From Thermoplasmatota archaeon (lineage in GTDB: Archaea; Thermoplasmatota; Penumbrarchaeia; Penumbrarchaeales; Penumbrarchaeaceae), in NCBI GenBank assembly GCA_029762535.1, contig JARVGK010000034.1, positions 1 to 35,064 of the forward strand: DNA of 35,064 nt, written 5' to 3'. The position numbers were made by a program, and so were the translations under genes. Numbering within the stretch: the first letter of the stretch is position 1; each line of letters begins with the position of its first letter. The notes beneath the pieces are model-generated. The model searched no databases and had not been told where the DNA came from. It saw nothing but the letters and a program-made list of their open reading frames with translations. This document shows, in pieces, positions 1 to 7,966 of the stretch.

Positions 1-1422
1 ACATCGTTCTTACTTGTGGACACGGAGGCCCCCAGGTTCACATCGCGCCTGCTCGATCCATCCCCCTTCGTTCAAGGGGATCTCGTAGGGGCTGCGATAT
101 ACCCCTTAGGCGAGAACATATCGAGATTGGTCCCCGTATTGGAGATCCAGCGCGCTGGTATTACCGTAGAGAACGTCACGGAGCACGAATGGAACGAAGG
201 GATCGGAGGTTTCCAGCTATTCTGGAACTCTACGGGGGCCGATCCCGGACTCTACAGGGCATTGCCCCACCTCATCGATGACGGCGGTAACAAGGCCACG
301 GGCATCGATATGGCCTTCGAGCTCAAGGACCTGACCCCACCCGATATAATCTCGGTCCTCCTGAACGGAGACCAGGCGGAACCAGGATCCCTACACAGCG
401 TGTACGAGTTCGCGAACATCACCGTTGTGGCATCGGGCCTCGATCCCGGCTCCACATGCGAGATCGAATACATCGACGCCCACAGCTCCAGGATGGGTAC
501 GTACTCGATGGATAGGACCGGCGAATCTTCGTTCAGTATCCTGTTCTCTCCGGGTTACGGCACCTACGGCATCGAGATCCACCTCAGGGACGCATCGGGC
601 AATCTCGCATTGGACGGTCTCGGTTCGGGGGCGGACCTGACTCTGACGATAGAGAGGAACACCCTTGAGATCGGAACGCCCATCATGATTAACCTCGACA
701 CGGGTCACTCATGGGTGCCTGGGGAGACGGGATACGTCCTTGCGGGAGAGGCGCTCGACCTGATATGCCGGGTTGAGAACCTAACGGGAGAGGACCATGT
801 CGAGGTGATCGTATCCGGACGGACCTCCGTCCTTAAGAGCGTTCTCAACGGGTCCTTGCTATCCTGCTACATCAACTCCAGCTCTTTCTCCGGTACGGCG
901 ACCTTCCACTTCAGGATCACCCTCGAAGATGACAGCGTGTTCGAATCCGGATCGATCGGGGTTTATTTCGGTCGGATGTACGATGCCCCGGTCATGGACC
1001 TGAGGATGCTGAGCTATCAGGAGCTCTCTGACGGGAGCTACAGGGTTAACTTCTCGATGGCCCCCATGCAGCACGTTACCGTCTACTCCTTGGAGACCTC
1101 GAGAGGTGCCAGCACGCTCCCTGCCGGAACGGCTCTGTTCTACATTGTCATGGACAACAACGATACCCTGAGCATACGCGCAGTTTACAGGCCGTTCCCC
1201 CGGAATTCAATGAGGAACGACGAGTTCGAGAGCGCCTCCGTAAGCTTCCAGTTCAAGATCGATGAACCGATCCCCCTTCCCCCCGATGATGGACCGCAGG
1301 ATGTTGGAGGAACGAACTGGACCCCTGCCATCATCGCCGCCCTGCTGATACTGGCGGCGGGGGCCGCAGTGCTCTTCATGCTGGTCCGCAGGAAGAGGGA
1401 GGTGGTCATCTGGGAGGAGTGA
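1..1422 (+). CDS. Cell-surface protein with Ig-like (Big-type) repeats and C-terminal TM anchor; 5'-truncated by the window
   Basis: Frame is open from base 1 (TSFLLVDTEAP...). Repeated D-x-[TE]-[AP]-P Ig-boundary motifs (DTEAP, DLTPP) and D-x-x-GN motifs, Pro/Asp linker, hydrophobic AIIAALLILAAGAAVLFMLV followed by RRKR. Confidence 0.8.
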   Translation, partial: TSFLLVDTEAPRFTSRLLDPSPFVQGDLVGAAIYPLGENISRLVPVLEIQRAGITVENVTEHEWNEGIGGFQLFWNSTGADPGLYRALPHLIDDGGNKATGIDMAFELKDLTPPDIISVLLNGDQAEPGSLHSVYEFANITVVASGLDPGSTCEIEYIDAHSSRMGTYSMDRTGESSFSILFSPGYGTYGIEIHLRDASGNLALDGLGSGADLTLTIERNTLEIGTPIMINLDTGHSWVPGETGYVLAGEALDLICRVENLTGEDHVEVIVSGRTSVLKSVLNGSLLSCYINSSSFSGTATFHFRITLEDDSVFESGSIGVYFGRMYDAPVMDLRMLSYQELSDGSYRVNFSMAPMQHVTVYSLETSRGASTLPAGTALFYIVMDNNDTLSIRAVYRPFPRNSMRNDEFESASVSFQFKIDEPIPLPPDDGPQDVGGTNWTPAIIAALLILAAGAAVLFMLVRRKREVVIWEE

Positions 1423-3367
1423 ACTCACCGAGCACCATCTCGTAGAGTTGCCTCTCCCTGCCCTTGGTCATCCCCACCAGCCTCTTGAGTATCAGTTCCG
1501 GCATGGACCTTGCATGATGGCAGATCCTCGGGGTCCGATCGACGATCAGCCTGTGATCGTCACTGAGCCCCCTGGCCTCTATGCCGTCTATCCTGAAAGG
1601 ATGGTTTCCCGCCACCTCCTTGGCCATGTGCGTCACCACAACGGAGAAAGCGCCCTTCGCCTCTATCCGGGTCAAGAACGTCCGTATGATCCTGGATGCC
1701 GCTTCCTGCTCGGTCATGGCCTCTAGCTCGTCCGCAAGGACGATCGATGTATCGTCTATGTCGAGACAGAGGGGCAGGAACTCCTTGAGAAAACTCTCCA
1801 GCCCTCCCGCGTCCATATGCTTCCTCGGCCTGTACATGTGGATCGAGCTCATGGCGGGGACGAAGGCCCTAGCGGCGGGTACAGGAAGTCCCATGTGGGC
1901 CATGATGATCACCTGCGCGATCGTCTCGATGAGGGTGGTCTTCCCCCCGGAGTTCGCCCCCGTAAGCAGCGCTATTCTCGAAGTGGTCGATCTCCCGGTT
2001 GGGAAGAGATCGAGCCATTCGCAGGGGACCTCTCCCAGATGGTAATCGACCGGTTGAACCCCGTCCTTGCCCCTGAGGGAGAGATGTCCAGCGTTGAGGA
2101 TACCGAGCCACCCCTTGGCCTGTTCGAACGGCCTGAGATCAAGCTGTTCCACGAGCACACCGAGGCCGTGCCTGAAGTCGAGGTCGTGAGCCCATTCTAT
2201 CCCTTCGTCTATCGATCCCTCGAGGGATGCAAGCCTCCCTGCGATCGCGACCCTTCGCCGGAAACGGTCCTCTCTCCTCTGGTTTGACATGGACGCCAGA
2301 AGGTTCCCGAGCGCTTCCTCGTCCGTTCTGAGAGGATACCTCATGACGAAAAGATCGCTGGATACGCCCAGTCTCTCCCTGACCAGGGCCTGCGCCATCC
2401 TGGAATGCTCTTTGTAGATCTCCCTGAGGGTCGATGGATCCTCGCCGGAGAGCATGGTGAGAGCGTCCTCCCCACCCAATATGACGGCCCCTATCCTCAG
2501 CTTGAGGGAGGATTCCACCTCGGACCTTATGCTTTCGATGATCTCCGCGACATCCTCAACACCTTTTATGGTGGCGTCCATGCGAACGATCTCATCCAGC
2601 AGCTCGGATGCCTCCGAACAGGCCCCTTCCCTGGAGTATAGTTCCTCGAGTTCGCCGACGGTGCGAACGAGTCCCGCCCTTTGAACGAAGCGATCTATGA
2701 CCATGTCCGGAACGATCTCGTGGTCCGGAGCCTCGCATGATACCATCGAGACGGCATCGATATTTGTCTCATCGAGGTTTCTGGAGCTGTAGACATAGAC
2801 CAGGTCGGCGTCCGTCCGCCCCTCGTAATCGGAGGCGTCGATCACCATGCAAAGCCGGTCCAATCCACGGGACCTGATCGAGGTGTAAGCGTCCTCGTCC
2901 TCGGTCATTATAACGATATTTGGCCTGATCGCGCTCCTTTTCTGTCCCGGCCGCGACAGGGACGATAGGAGAGCCTCCGAATCGCCTTTTATCAGCTCCC
3001 TGTATCCGAAGATCTCCCTGGAGCGTTCCGGATCGGGATCTGTGGGGACCATCAGATGGCATCTCTCCTTGGCCATCCTGGTATGCATGCTACCTTGCAG
3101 CATTGAGACGATCCCGTCGTAGGTATGGCGGGCGCCGGCATCCTCGACGAGTGAGGGATCCCCCAGAGACCGCGATGCGAGTATCATGCTGACGGCCATC
3201 CTGACCGATACCCCGCCCTGGGCGGTCATTTTGCCTATATTTCCCCTCTCAAGGGCTGCGATCAACCCTTCCTTCCCTCCGAGGCCTTTCACCAGCGACT
3301 CGAGTTTCGAGGGCCCTATACCCCTGACGGATGAGATCCTCTCCATCGTCAGGTCTATCTCATCCAT
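1406..3367 (-). CDS. mutS: Archaeal MutS5-type (HhH + MutS domain V ATPase) MutS paralog
   Basis: N-terminal HhH (VRGIGPSK), Walker A TGANSGGKTT, DAGGLES, Walker B VLADELE, VVTH. No mismatch-binding domain I or Smr domain recognised. Start placed at ATG 3367 (GGAGG upstream) rather than 3415. Confidence 0.85.
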   Translation of the reverse strand: MDEIDLTMERISSVRGIGPSKLESLVKGLGGKEGLIAALERGNIGKMTAQGGVSVRMAVSMILASRSLGDPSLVEDAGARHTYDGIVSMLQGSMHTRMAKERCHLMVPTDPDPERSREIFGYRELIKGDSEALLSSLSRPGQKRSAIRPNIVIMTEDEDAYTSIRSRGLDRLCMVIDASDYEGRTDADLVYVYSSRNLDETNIDAVSMVSCEAPDHEIVPDMVIDRFVQRAGLVRTVGELEELYSREGACSEASELLDEIVRMDATIKGVEDVAEIIESIRSEVESSLKLRIGAVILGGEDALTMLSGEDPSTLREIYKEHSRMAQALVRERLGVSSDLFVMRYPLRTDEEALGNLLASMSNQRREDRFRRRVAIAGRLASLEGSIDEGIEWAHDLDFRHGLGVLVEQLDLRPFEQAKGWLGILNAGHLSLRGKDGVQPVDYHLGEVPCEWLDLFPTGRSTTSRIALLTGANSGGKTTLIETIAQVIIMAHMGLPVPAARAFVPAMSSIHMYRPRKHMDAGGLESFLKEFLPLCLDIDDTSIVLADELEAMTEQEAASRIIRTFLTRIEAKGAFSVVVTHMAKEVAGNHPFRIDGIEARGLSDDHRLIVDRTPRICHHARSMPELILKRLVGMTKGRERQLYEMVLGEFTPPR

Positions 3368-3945
3368 TTCCCAGCCTCCTCCTCGCGGGCGATCCGCCCG
3401 TTGGGATGGGGCCAACCGAGATGGCGCGCTGTCATCCTGCCCTCCTCCCTCTCCATCTCGAGCACATCATCGCATATGTATAGCATCTGGGACCTCTCAT
3501 CGAATGTCGTGACGATGATCCCAGCTCCCTCGTCCCTCAGGGCGTTGATGGTCATGGCCAACCGCCAGCCCCAGTCGGGAACACCATGCAATGAGAGAGC
3601 GTCCGGGTGGTCCATAACGACCCTGTCCGCCGCCGGCAATCCCTCGATCCCTGGCGAGCGTTCGGGGTCTGACATATCGTAGAAGATGGCCTGGTCCGAA
3701 TCGAGAAGCGGCGTCAGCCTCGCTACGGCCCGCGCTCCGCGCAGGAGTGTCCGGAGAGGGACGGGTCTGAACATTAGATAGAGGCATTCCTCATCTTTTA
3801 CGATCCCCTCGTTGAGATAGGCCAGGGCGATAAGCGTCTTTCCCGTTCCGGGCCGACCGGTAACTAACAGGGCCCTGCCGCCCTCTACTCCCCCCCCGAG
3901 GAGGGCATCGATCCCGGTACCTGTGGAAAAAGTTCTCATGCCCAT
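3355..3945 (-). CDS. RAD55/KaiC-like RecA-superfamily ATPase, single domain, degenerate
   Basis: STG..IDALLGGG, Walker A GRPGTGKT, Walker B-like VVMD, ICDDVLEM. Overlaps the MutS start by 13 nt. Confidence 0.8.
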   Translation of the reverse strand: MGMRTFSTGTGIDALLGGGVEGGRALLVTGRPGTGKTLIALAYLNEGIVKDEECLYLMFRPVPLRTLLRGARAVARLTPLLDSDQAIFYDMSDPERSPGIEGLPAADRVVMDHPDALSLHGVPDWGWRLAMTINALRDEGAGIIVTTFDERSQMLYICDDVLEMEREEGRMTARHLGWPHPNGRIAREEEAGKWMR

Positions 3946-3993
3946 TCGAACTCACCCGTGGAAGGGATTAGCAATAGAATAAACTTTGTAGGG

Positions 3994-4275
3994 TCAGCCG
4001 CTTATGAACCCCTCTTCACGCAGTCTCTCGATAATGCGCCTCTCCTTCTCGACGGAGGACCTCTCATCCCTTTCGACCCCGCCTTCCATGACCTCCTTGA
4101 GGCGCTTCTGCTTCACGAGCCAGTTCTCCATGCAGGAGCGGATGACCTCCGAGGGATTGTAATGGTTGTCCTTGCAGAACTGGAAGAAATCCGTTGCCAC
4201 ATCCTCGAAGTTCTGGGTAACCGCGATGTGTATCTGGTCTCCAGACCTATATCTTTTCGGGATCCTTCCGTTCAT
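3994..4275 (-). CDS. Ribbon-helix-helix (CopG/Arc-like) DNA-binding protein, paralog A
   Basis: Strand IHIAVT, then helix, then NPSEVIRSCMENWL (RHH pattern). GGAGGT RBS upstream. 25/46 identical to 16424..16735. Confidence 0.7.
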   Translation of the reverse strand: MNGRIPKRYRSGDQIHIAVTQNFEDVATDFFQFCKDNHYNPSEVIRSCMENWLVKQKRLKEVMEGGVERDERSSVEKERRIIERLREEGFISG

Positions 4276-4353
4276 TCATTGACCTCCGGGGTCACTATCG
4301 TATAACCATCCTGGCTCGGATTATAAAATAGTTGCCCCCTCTTTCGCCATACA

Positions 4354-4367
4354 TGATAATCTTATCA
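4354..4367. promoter_or_regulatory. Palindrome TGATAA-TC-TTATCA in the divergent RHH/aminopeptidase intergenic region; candidate operator
   Basis: Perfect 6-bp inverted repeat lying between TATA-like TTATAAAA (4321) and TCTATAAA (~4385). Confidence 0.4.
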
Positions 4368-4409
4368 ACGCTCCCGTAATTATTTCTATAAAGGGAGGCA
4401 TCCACCGTC

Positions 4410-5825
4410 ATGGCAAGGATGGTCAAGGAAAAGGACCCACACTCTTGGAAGAGGAAATGGTCGAGGGAGAGTGTAGAGCTGCCAGGGGACCTATCGAAGC
4501 TCGCCGGATCCTACAAGCAGTTCCTGGACGATTGCAGGACCGAGCGAGAATGCGCAAGGTCCATGGCGGATAGGCTTTCCGGATCGGGGTTCATAGACCT
4601 GTCACGCCCAACCAGGGCCAAACCATCCCCTGGAAGGGGTTTTTTCTTGGTCAACCGCAACAGGGAGATCGCCTTTGGCATGGTGGGAAAGAGGCCCTTG
4701 GTCCAGGGAACGAACCTCATAGCGTTCCACCTGGATTCCCCAAGGCTGGACCTTAAGCCCCTTCCAGTGGACGGGGATGCGGATACTGGGCTGGGTTTCC
4801 TGAGAACGCATTATTACGGGGGTATCAAGAAGTATCATTGGGTCAACATACCCCTGTCCTTGAGGGGGACCATACACACGACCGACGATAGGATCATCGA
4901 CGTGGGACGGGACGGATGGACCCTCATCATTCCCGATCTGGAGCCTCATCTCTCGAAAAAGGCCCAGGATACGAGAAAGCTCATGAACGGCATCACCGGT
5001 GAGGAGTTGATAGCTCTGGCCGCACAGGGTGTCGTCGATCCGGACAGCGACAGGCCTCCGGTGACCAAGTTGATACTGGAATTGCTGAACGAAAAATACG
5101 GCATCGGCGAGGAGGACCTGATATCCTCCGACCTTTGTCTTGTCCCGGACCTGCCCTCGAGGGATCTGGGTTTTGACAGGAGCATGATAGCGGCCTACGG
5201 CCAGGATGACAGGATATCTGGATACACCGCTTTGGAGGCGGTCCTGGAAAAGGGGGATCCGCCTGAAAGATGGGCGCTGGCCGTCGGTTTCGACAAGGAA
5301 GAGGTAGGTTCCGATGGGCCGACCGGTGCAAGATCATCTTTCCTGGAACTTCTGATCTACAGGCTGCTCGAATGGAGCGGCGAGGGTAATAAACGAAAGG
5401 CAATGAACGCGGTCCTTGGGGGGACCTTCTGCATATCCTCCGACGTGAAATCCGGAATAAACCCCTCCTTCAAGGGGGTGCAGGACCCGCTCAACGCCGC
5501 CAGGCTGGGATCCGGTGTCACGATAACGAAATACACAGGTTCCGGAGGGAAGTATTCGGCGAACGACGCTTCAGCAGAAATGGTACACAAGCTCCGATCG
5601 CATCTGAACAAAGAGAACATAGCCTGGCAGATGCAGGAGAGCGGGAGGGTGGACGAGGGTGGGGGAGGTACCGTGGCGAAGTTCCTCGCCAGCAGGAACA
5701 TGGACGTTATAGACGTCGGGATCCCGCTGCTGTCCATGCACTCCAAGTACGAGGTGTCCTCAAAGGCGGATATCTATATGGCGAAAATGCTGTTCTCGTC
5801 ATTTCTAAGGAGATTCACTCCTTGA
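4410..5825 (+). CDS. M18 family zinc aminopeptidase (aspartyl aminopeptidase/ApeA-like)
   Basis: Metal-ligand motifs HLDSPRLDLKP, YGQDDR, DKEEVGS, SSDV, LSMHS; also HYYGGIKKYHW and GGGGTVA. Confidence 0.92.
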   Translation: MARMVKEKDPHSWKRKWSRESVELPGDLSKLAGSYKQFLDDCRTERECARSMADRLSGSGFIDLSRPTRAKPSPGRGFFLVNRNREIAFGMVGKRPLVQGTNLIAFHLDSPRLDLKPLPVDGDADTGLGFLRTHYYGGIKKYHWVNIPLSLRGTIHTTDDRIIDVGRDGWTLIIPDLEPHLSKKAQDTRKLMNGITGEELIALAAQGVVDPDSDRPPVTKLILELLNEKYGIGEEDLISSDLCLVPDLPSRDLGFDRSMIAAYGQDDRISGYTALEAVLEKGDPPERWALAVGFDKEEVGSDGPTGARSSFLELLIYRLLEWSGEGNKRKAMNAVLGGTFCISSDVKSGINPSFKGVQDPLNAARLGSGVTITKYTGSGGKYSANDASAEMVHKLRSHLNKENIAWQMQESGRVDEGGGGTVAKFLASRNMDVIDVGIPLLSMHSKYEVSSKADIYMAKMLFSSFLRRFTP

Positions 5826-6870
5826 CGGTCAGCTTGATGACCTTCTTAACCTTCCTTGAAACATCGGCGGATGACGGAGGCTCATCATCCGGAGTTTCAG
5901 GCAGCTCATCCGCCTCGGGAGCTGGCTCGGACGGACCCATGGTGTCAGATAGGATATCGAGCAGTTCCTGGTCCGATATGTCCTCTTCGGGTTGTGGAAT
6001 TGGGACGGCAGGTCCCTCAACTTGGACGGTCGTCTCCGAGCCCCTATGTGTGGAAGCATGGGGGCCGGCCGCGTATTCGCCGACCAGTCTCTCGTAGACA
6101 TCCTTTGTGATAAGGCCCTTGCTGTAGAGGTTCTCAAAATACTTGATGGAGTCCGCTCCAAGTTTCCCCGCCTTCCTGGGGGTCTGTCTGGCCACCGTCG
6201 GGGATACCGGAAGTGGGGCCTTCTTTTCCGAGGGGTCCAAGGCCGGCCTTTCATCTTTATCAGGTTCATCGGCTTCCTTGCTGGCCCCCTTCAGCATGTT
6301 CTTCTCGAGATCGGTATACATCCAATCTGTGTTCTTGAAGTGGTCCTTGAGGTTGTTCACGAGATCGTTGAGGGCTTTGATCCTCTTGTTCATCAACCTC
6401 ATCAATAGCTCTGAGTCCTCCGTAAGGACCAACGAGAGATGGAATTGATTCCCGCTCGATAATACGTATACGTTCACCATCTGGCCGACGGAAACCGCCC
6501 CTTCCCTCCTCTCGGAGGCCATGATCTCGATGTTGGGGATCTCGAAATACTCTCTTTGTGAGCCGGGCTGCCCGAGCCCTCCGATGCCGAAAGATGCTCT
6601 ACCTGGGGCGTTCATGGCCCTTGTCTCGGTCTTTTCTCCGATGGCATACATTCTCTCCGGGATGTTAATGAACACCAGCCTTTCGTTGGTCAGGTATACC
6701 GTGCCCTTGGAGGGTTCAAGGATGTATTCGCCGCCATAGTATCTCCAGGTGGTCTTTAGGGATGGTACCACGTTCTCTTCGGTCACCAAAAGCCTCTCGC
6801 TCTGATGGAGTATGAGATCTCCGTTATCGTCGTAGATGGAGCCATAACCATCCTTGTCCCCGTATCTCAT
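5815..6870 (-). CDS. Hypothetical protein: PH/GRAM-like N-domain, SHOCT-like motif, acidic Pro-rich tail
   Basis: L-x-x-x-E-x-L-L...KGTVYLTNERLVF (PH-GRAM-like strands); IKYFENLYSKGLITKDVYERL (SHOCT-like). GGAGGTG RBS before ATG 6870; TATA-like TATATAAAA upstream on the minus strand. Confidence 0.65.
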   Translation of the reverse strand: MRYGDKDGYGSIYDDNGDLILHQSERLLVTEENVVPSLKTTWRYYGGEYILEPSKGTVYLTNERLVFINIPERMYAIGEKTETRAMNAPGRASFGIGGLGQPGSQREYFEIPNIEIMASERREGAVSVGQMVNVYVLSSGNQFHLSLVLTEDSELLMRLMNKRIKALNDLVNNLKDHFKNTDWMYTDLEKNMLKGASKEADEPDKDERPALDPSEKKAPLPVSPTVARQTPRKAGKLGADSIKYFENLYSKGLITKDVYERLVGEYAAGPHASTHRGSETTVQVEGPAVPIPQPEEDISDQELLDILSDTMGPSEPAPEADELPETPDDEPPSSADVSRKVKKVIKLTVKE

Positions 6871-6927
6871 GGCGTTTTCCACCTCCCGCGGCTGAACCAA
6901 ATCGTAGCCTATTTTATATAATACTTA

Positions 6928-7875
6928 TCACACCGATGCCGCTTTTTCGGAAACAACGATGCGCGTGCCCTCTCTGGATATGCCCGCCTTGAAAGGCCTC
7001 CCACCTCTCGATGAGATAGCATCCATGACCTTCTCTGGCGCGTCCGTGAGTGCTATCACGGAACCTCCACCTCCTGCCCCCGTTATCTTGACGCCGTAGG
7101 AGTACGGGTCGCAGGCGTCCTTGAGCCTCTGAAGCTCCTTGCTACTCACACCCAGGATGGAAAGGCAGGCGTGGTTCATGTTCATTAGCTCGCCTATCCG
7201 GACCACATCCCCAGAGCTCATGGCCCGAAGGCCATCCTCGACGATGTTCCCGATCTCGTCGATCGTCTCCTTTGCGAAACCGGACCTTTCGTAGAAGGAC
7301 CTCACCTTCTCTATCTGTATCGATGTTACGGAAGGTACGCCCGTGAACCCGATCACGAGCGTCATATCGGGTGGTTCGAGATGGTGAATGTGCCATGTGC
7401 GTTCGCCTTTACCGAGGGACCATAGATGGCCTTCTCCTCTCTCGAAGGAAACATTGATGGCCCGGCCATGGGCGGAACATGAGGTGTCCGTGGGAGAGGC
7501 CCTACCCTGGGTATTGTATTCGATCTCGAATGCGTCCCTGGCCACTGCATCCTCGCGGACCTCTCCCTTGAGGGATGCCAAGGCGGACGCTATGCAGCAG
7601 GAGAGGGCGGCGGATGACCCAAGCCCCGAGGCTTTGGGGATATCCGACCTCGTGGCGATCCTCAGAGCCTCCCCCTTCCAGAGGTTCTCAACGGCCCACT
7701 TGATGTATCGATGCCTTGGTTGAGAAAGGTCCTGTCCGTTAACGGTGGTCTTCTCGGACGTAGAGACCGTCAATCTCATCATAAGGTCCAACGAGATGGC
7801 TATGGCCCCCTTTCCGTAGACCACAGCATGCTCCCCGAAGAGTATCGCCTTGGCGGGTGAGGAGGTCTCTACCAT
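6928..7875 (-). CDS. mvk: Mevalonate kinase (GHMP family)
   Basis: PAKAILFGEHAVVYG, IPKASGLGSSAA, GRASPTD, KITGAGGGG. Start at ATG 7875; the 71-aa extension in the ORF track overlaps the divergent gene. Confidence 0.93.
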   Translation of the reverse strand: MVETSSPAKAILFGEHAVVYGKGAIAISLDLMMRLTVSTSEKTTVNGQDLSQPRHRYIKWAVENLWKGEALRIATRSDIPKASGLGSSAALSCCIASALASLKGEVREDAVARDAFEIEYNTQGRASPTDTSCSAHGRAINVSFERGEGHLWSLGKGERTWHIHHLEPPDMTLVIGFTGVPSVTSIQIEKVRSFYERSGFAKETIDEIGNIVEDGLRAMSSGDVVRIGELMNMNHACLSILGVSSKELQRLKDACDPYSYGVKITGAGGGGSVIALTDAPEKVMDAISSRGGRPFKAGISREGTRIVVSEKAASV

Positions 7876-7966
7876 GGATGGGACATGGGCGATAGCATTA
7901 TTTATTATTCGCAGTATGGACAGATTAGCTTTATCAACAACGAAAACCTTGCAAGACGGGATCGGT

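Noticed and set aside
3994-4275. RHH genes as type II antitoxins
   Set aside because: No adjacent PIN/RelE/HEPN-like toxin ORF next to either paralog.
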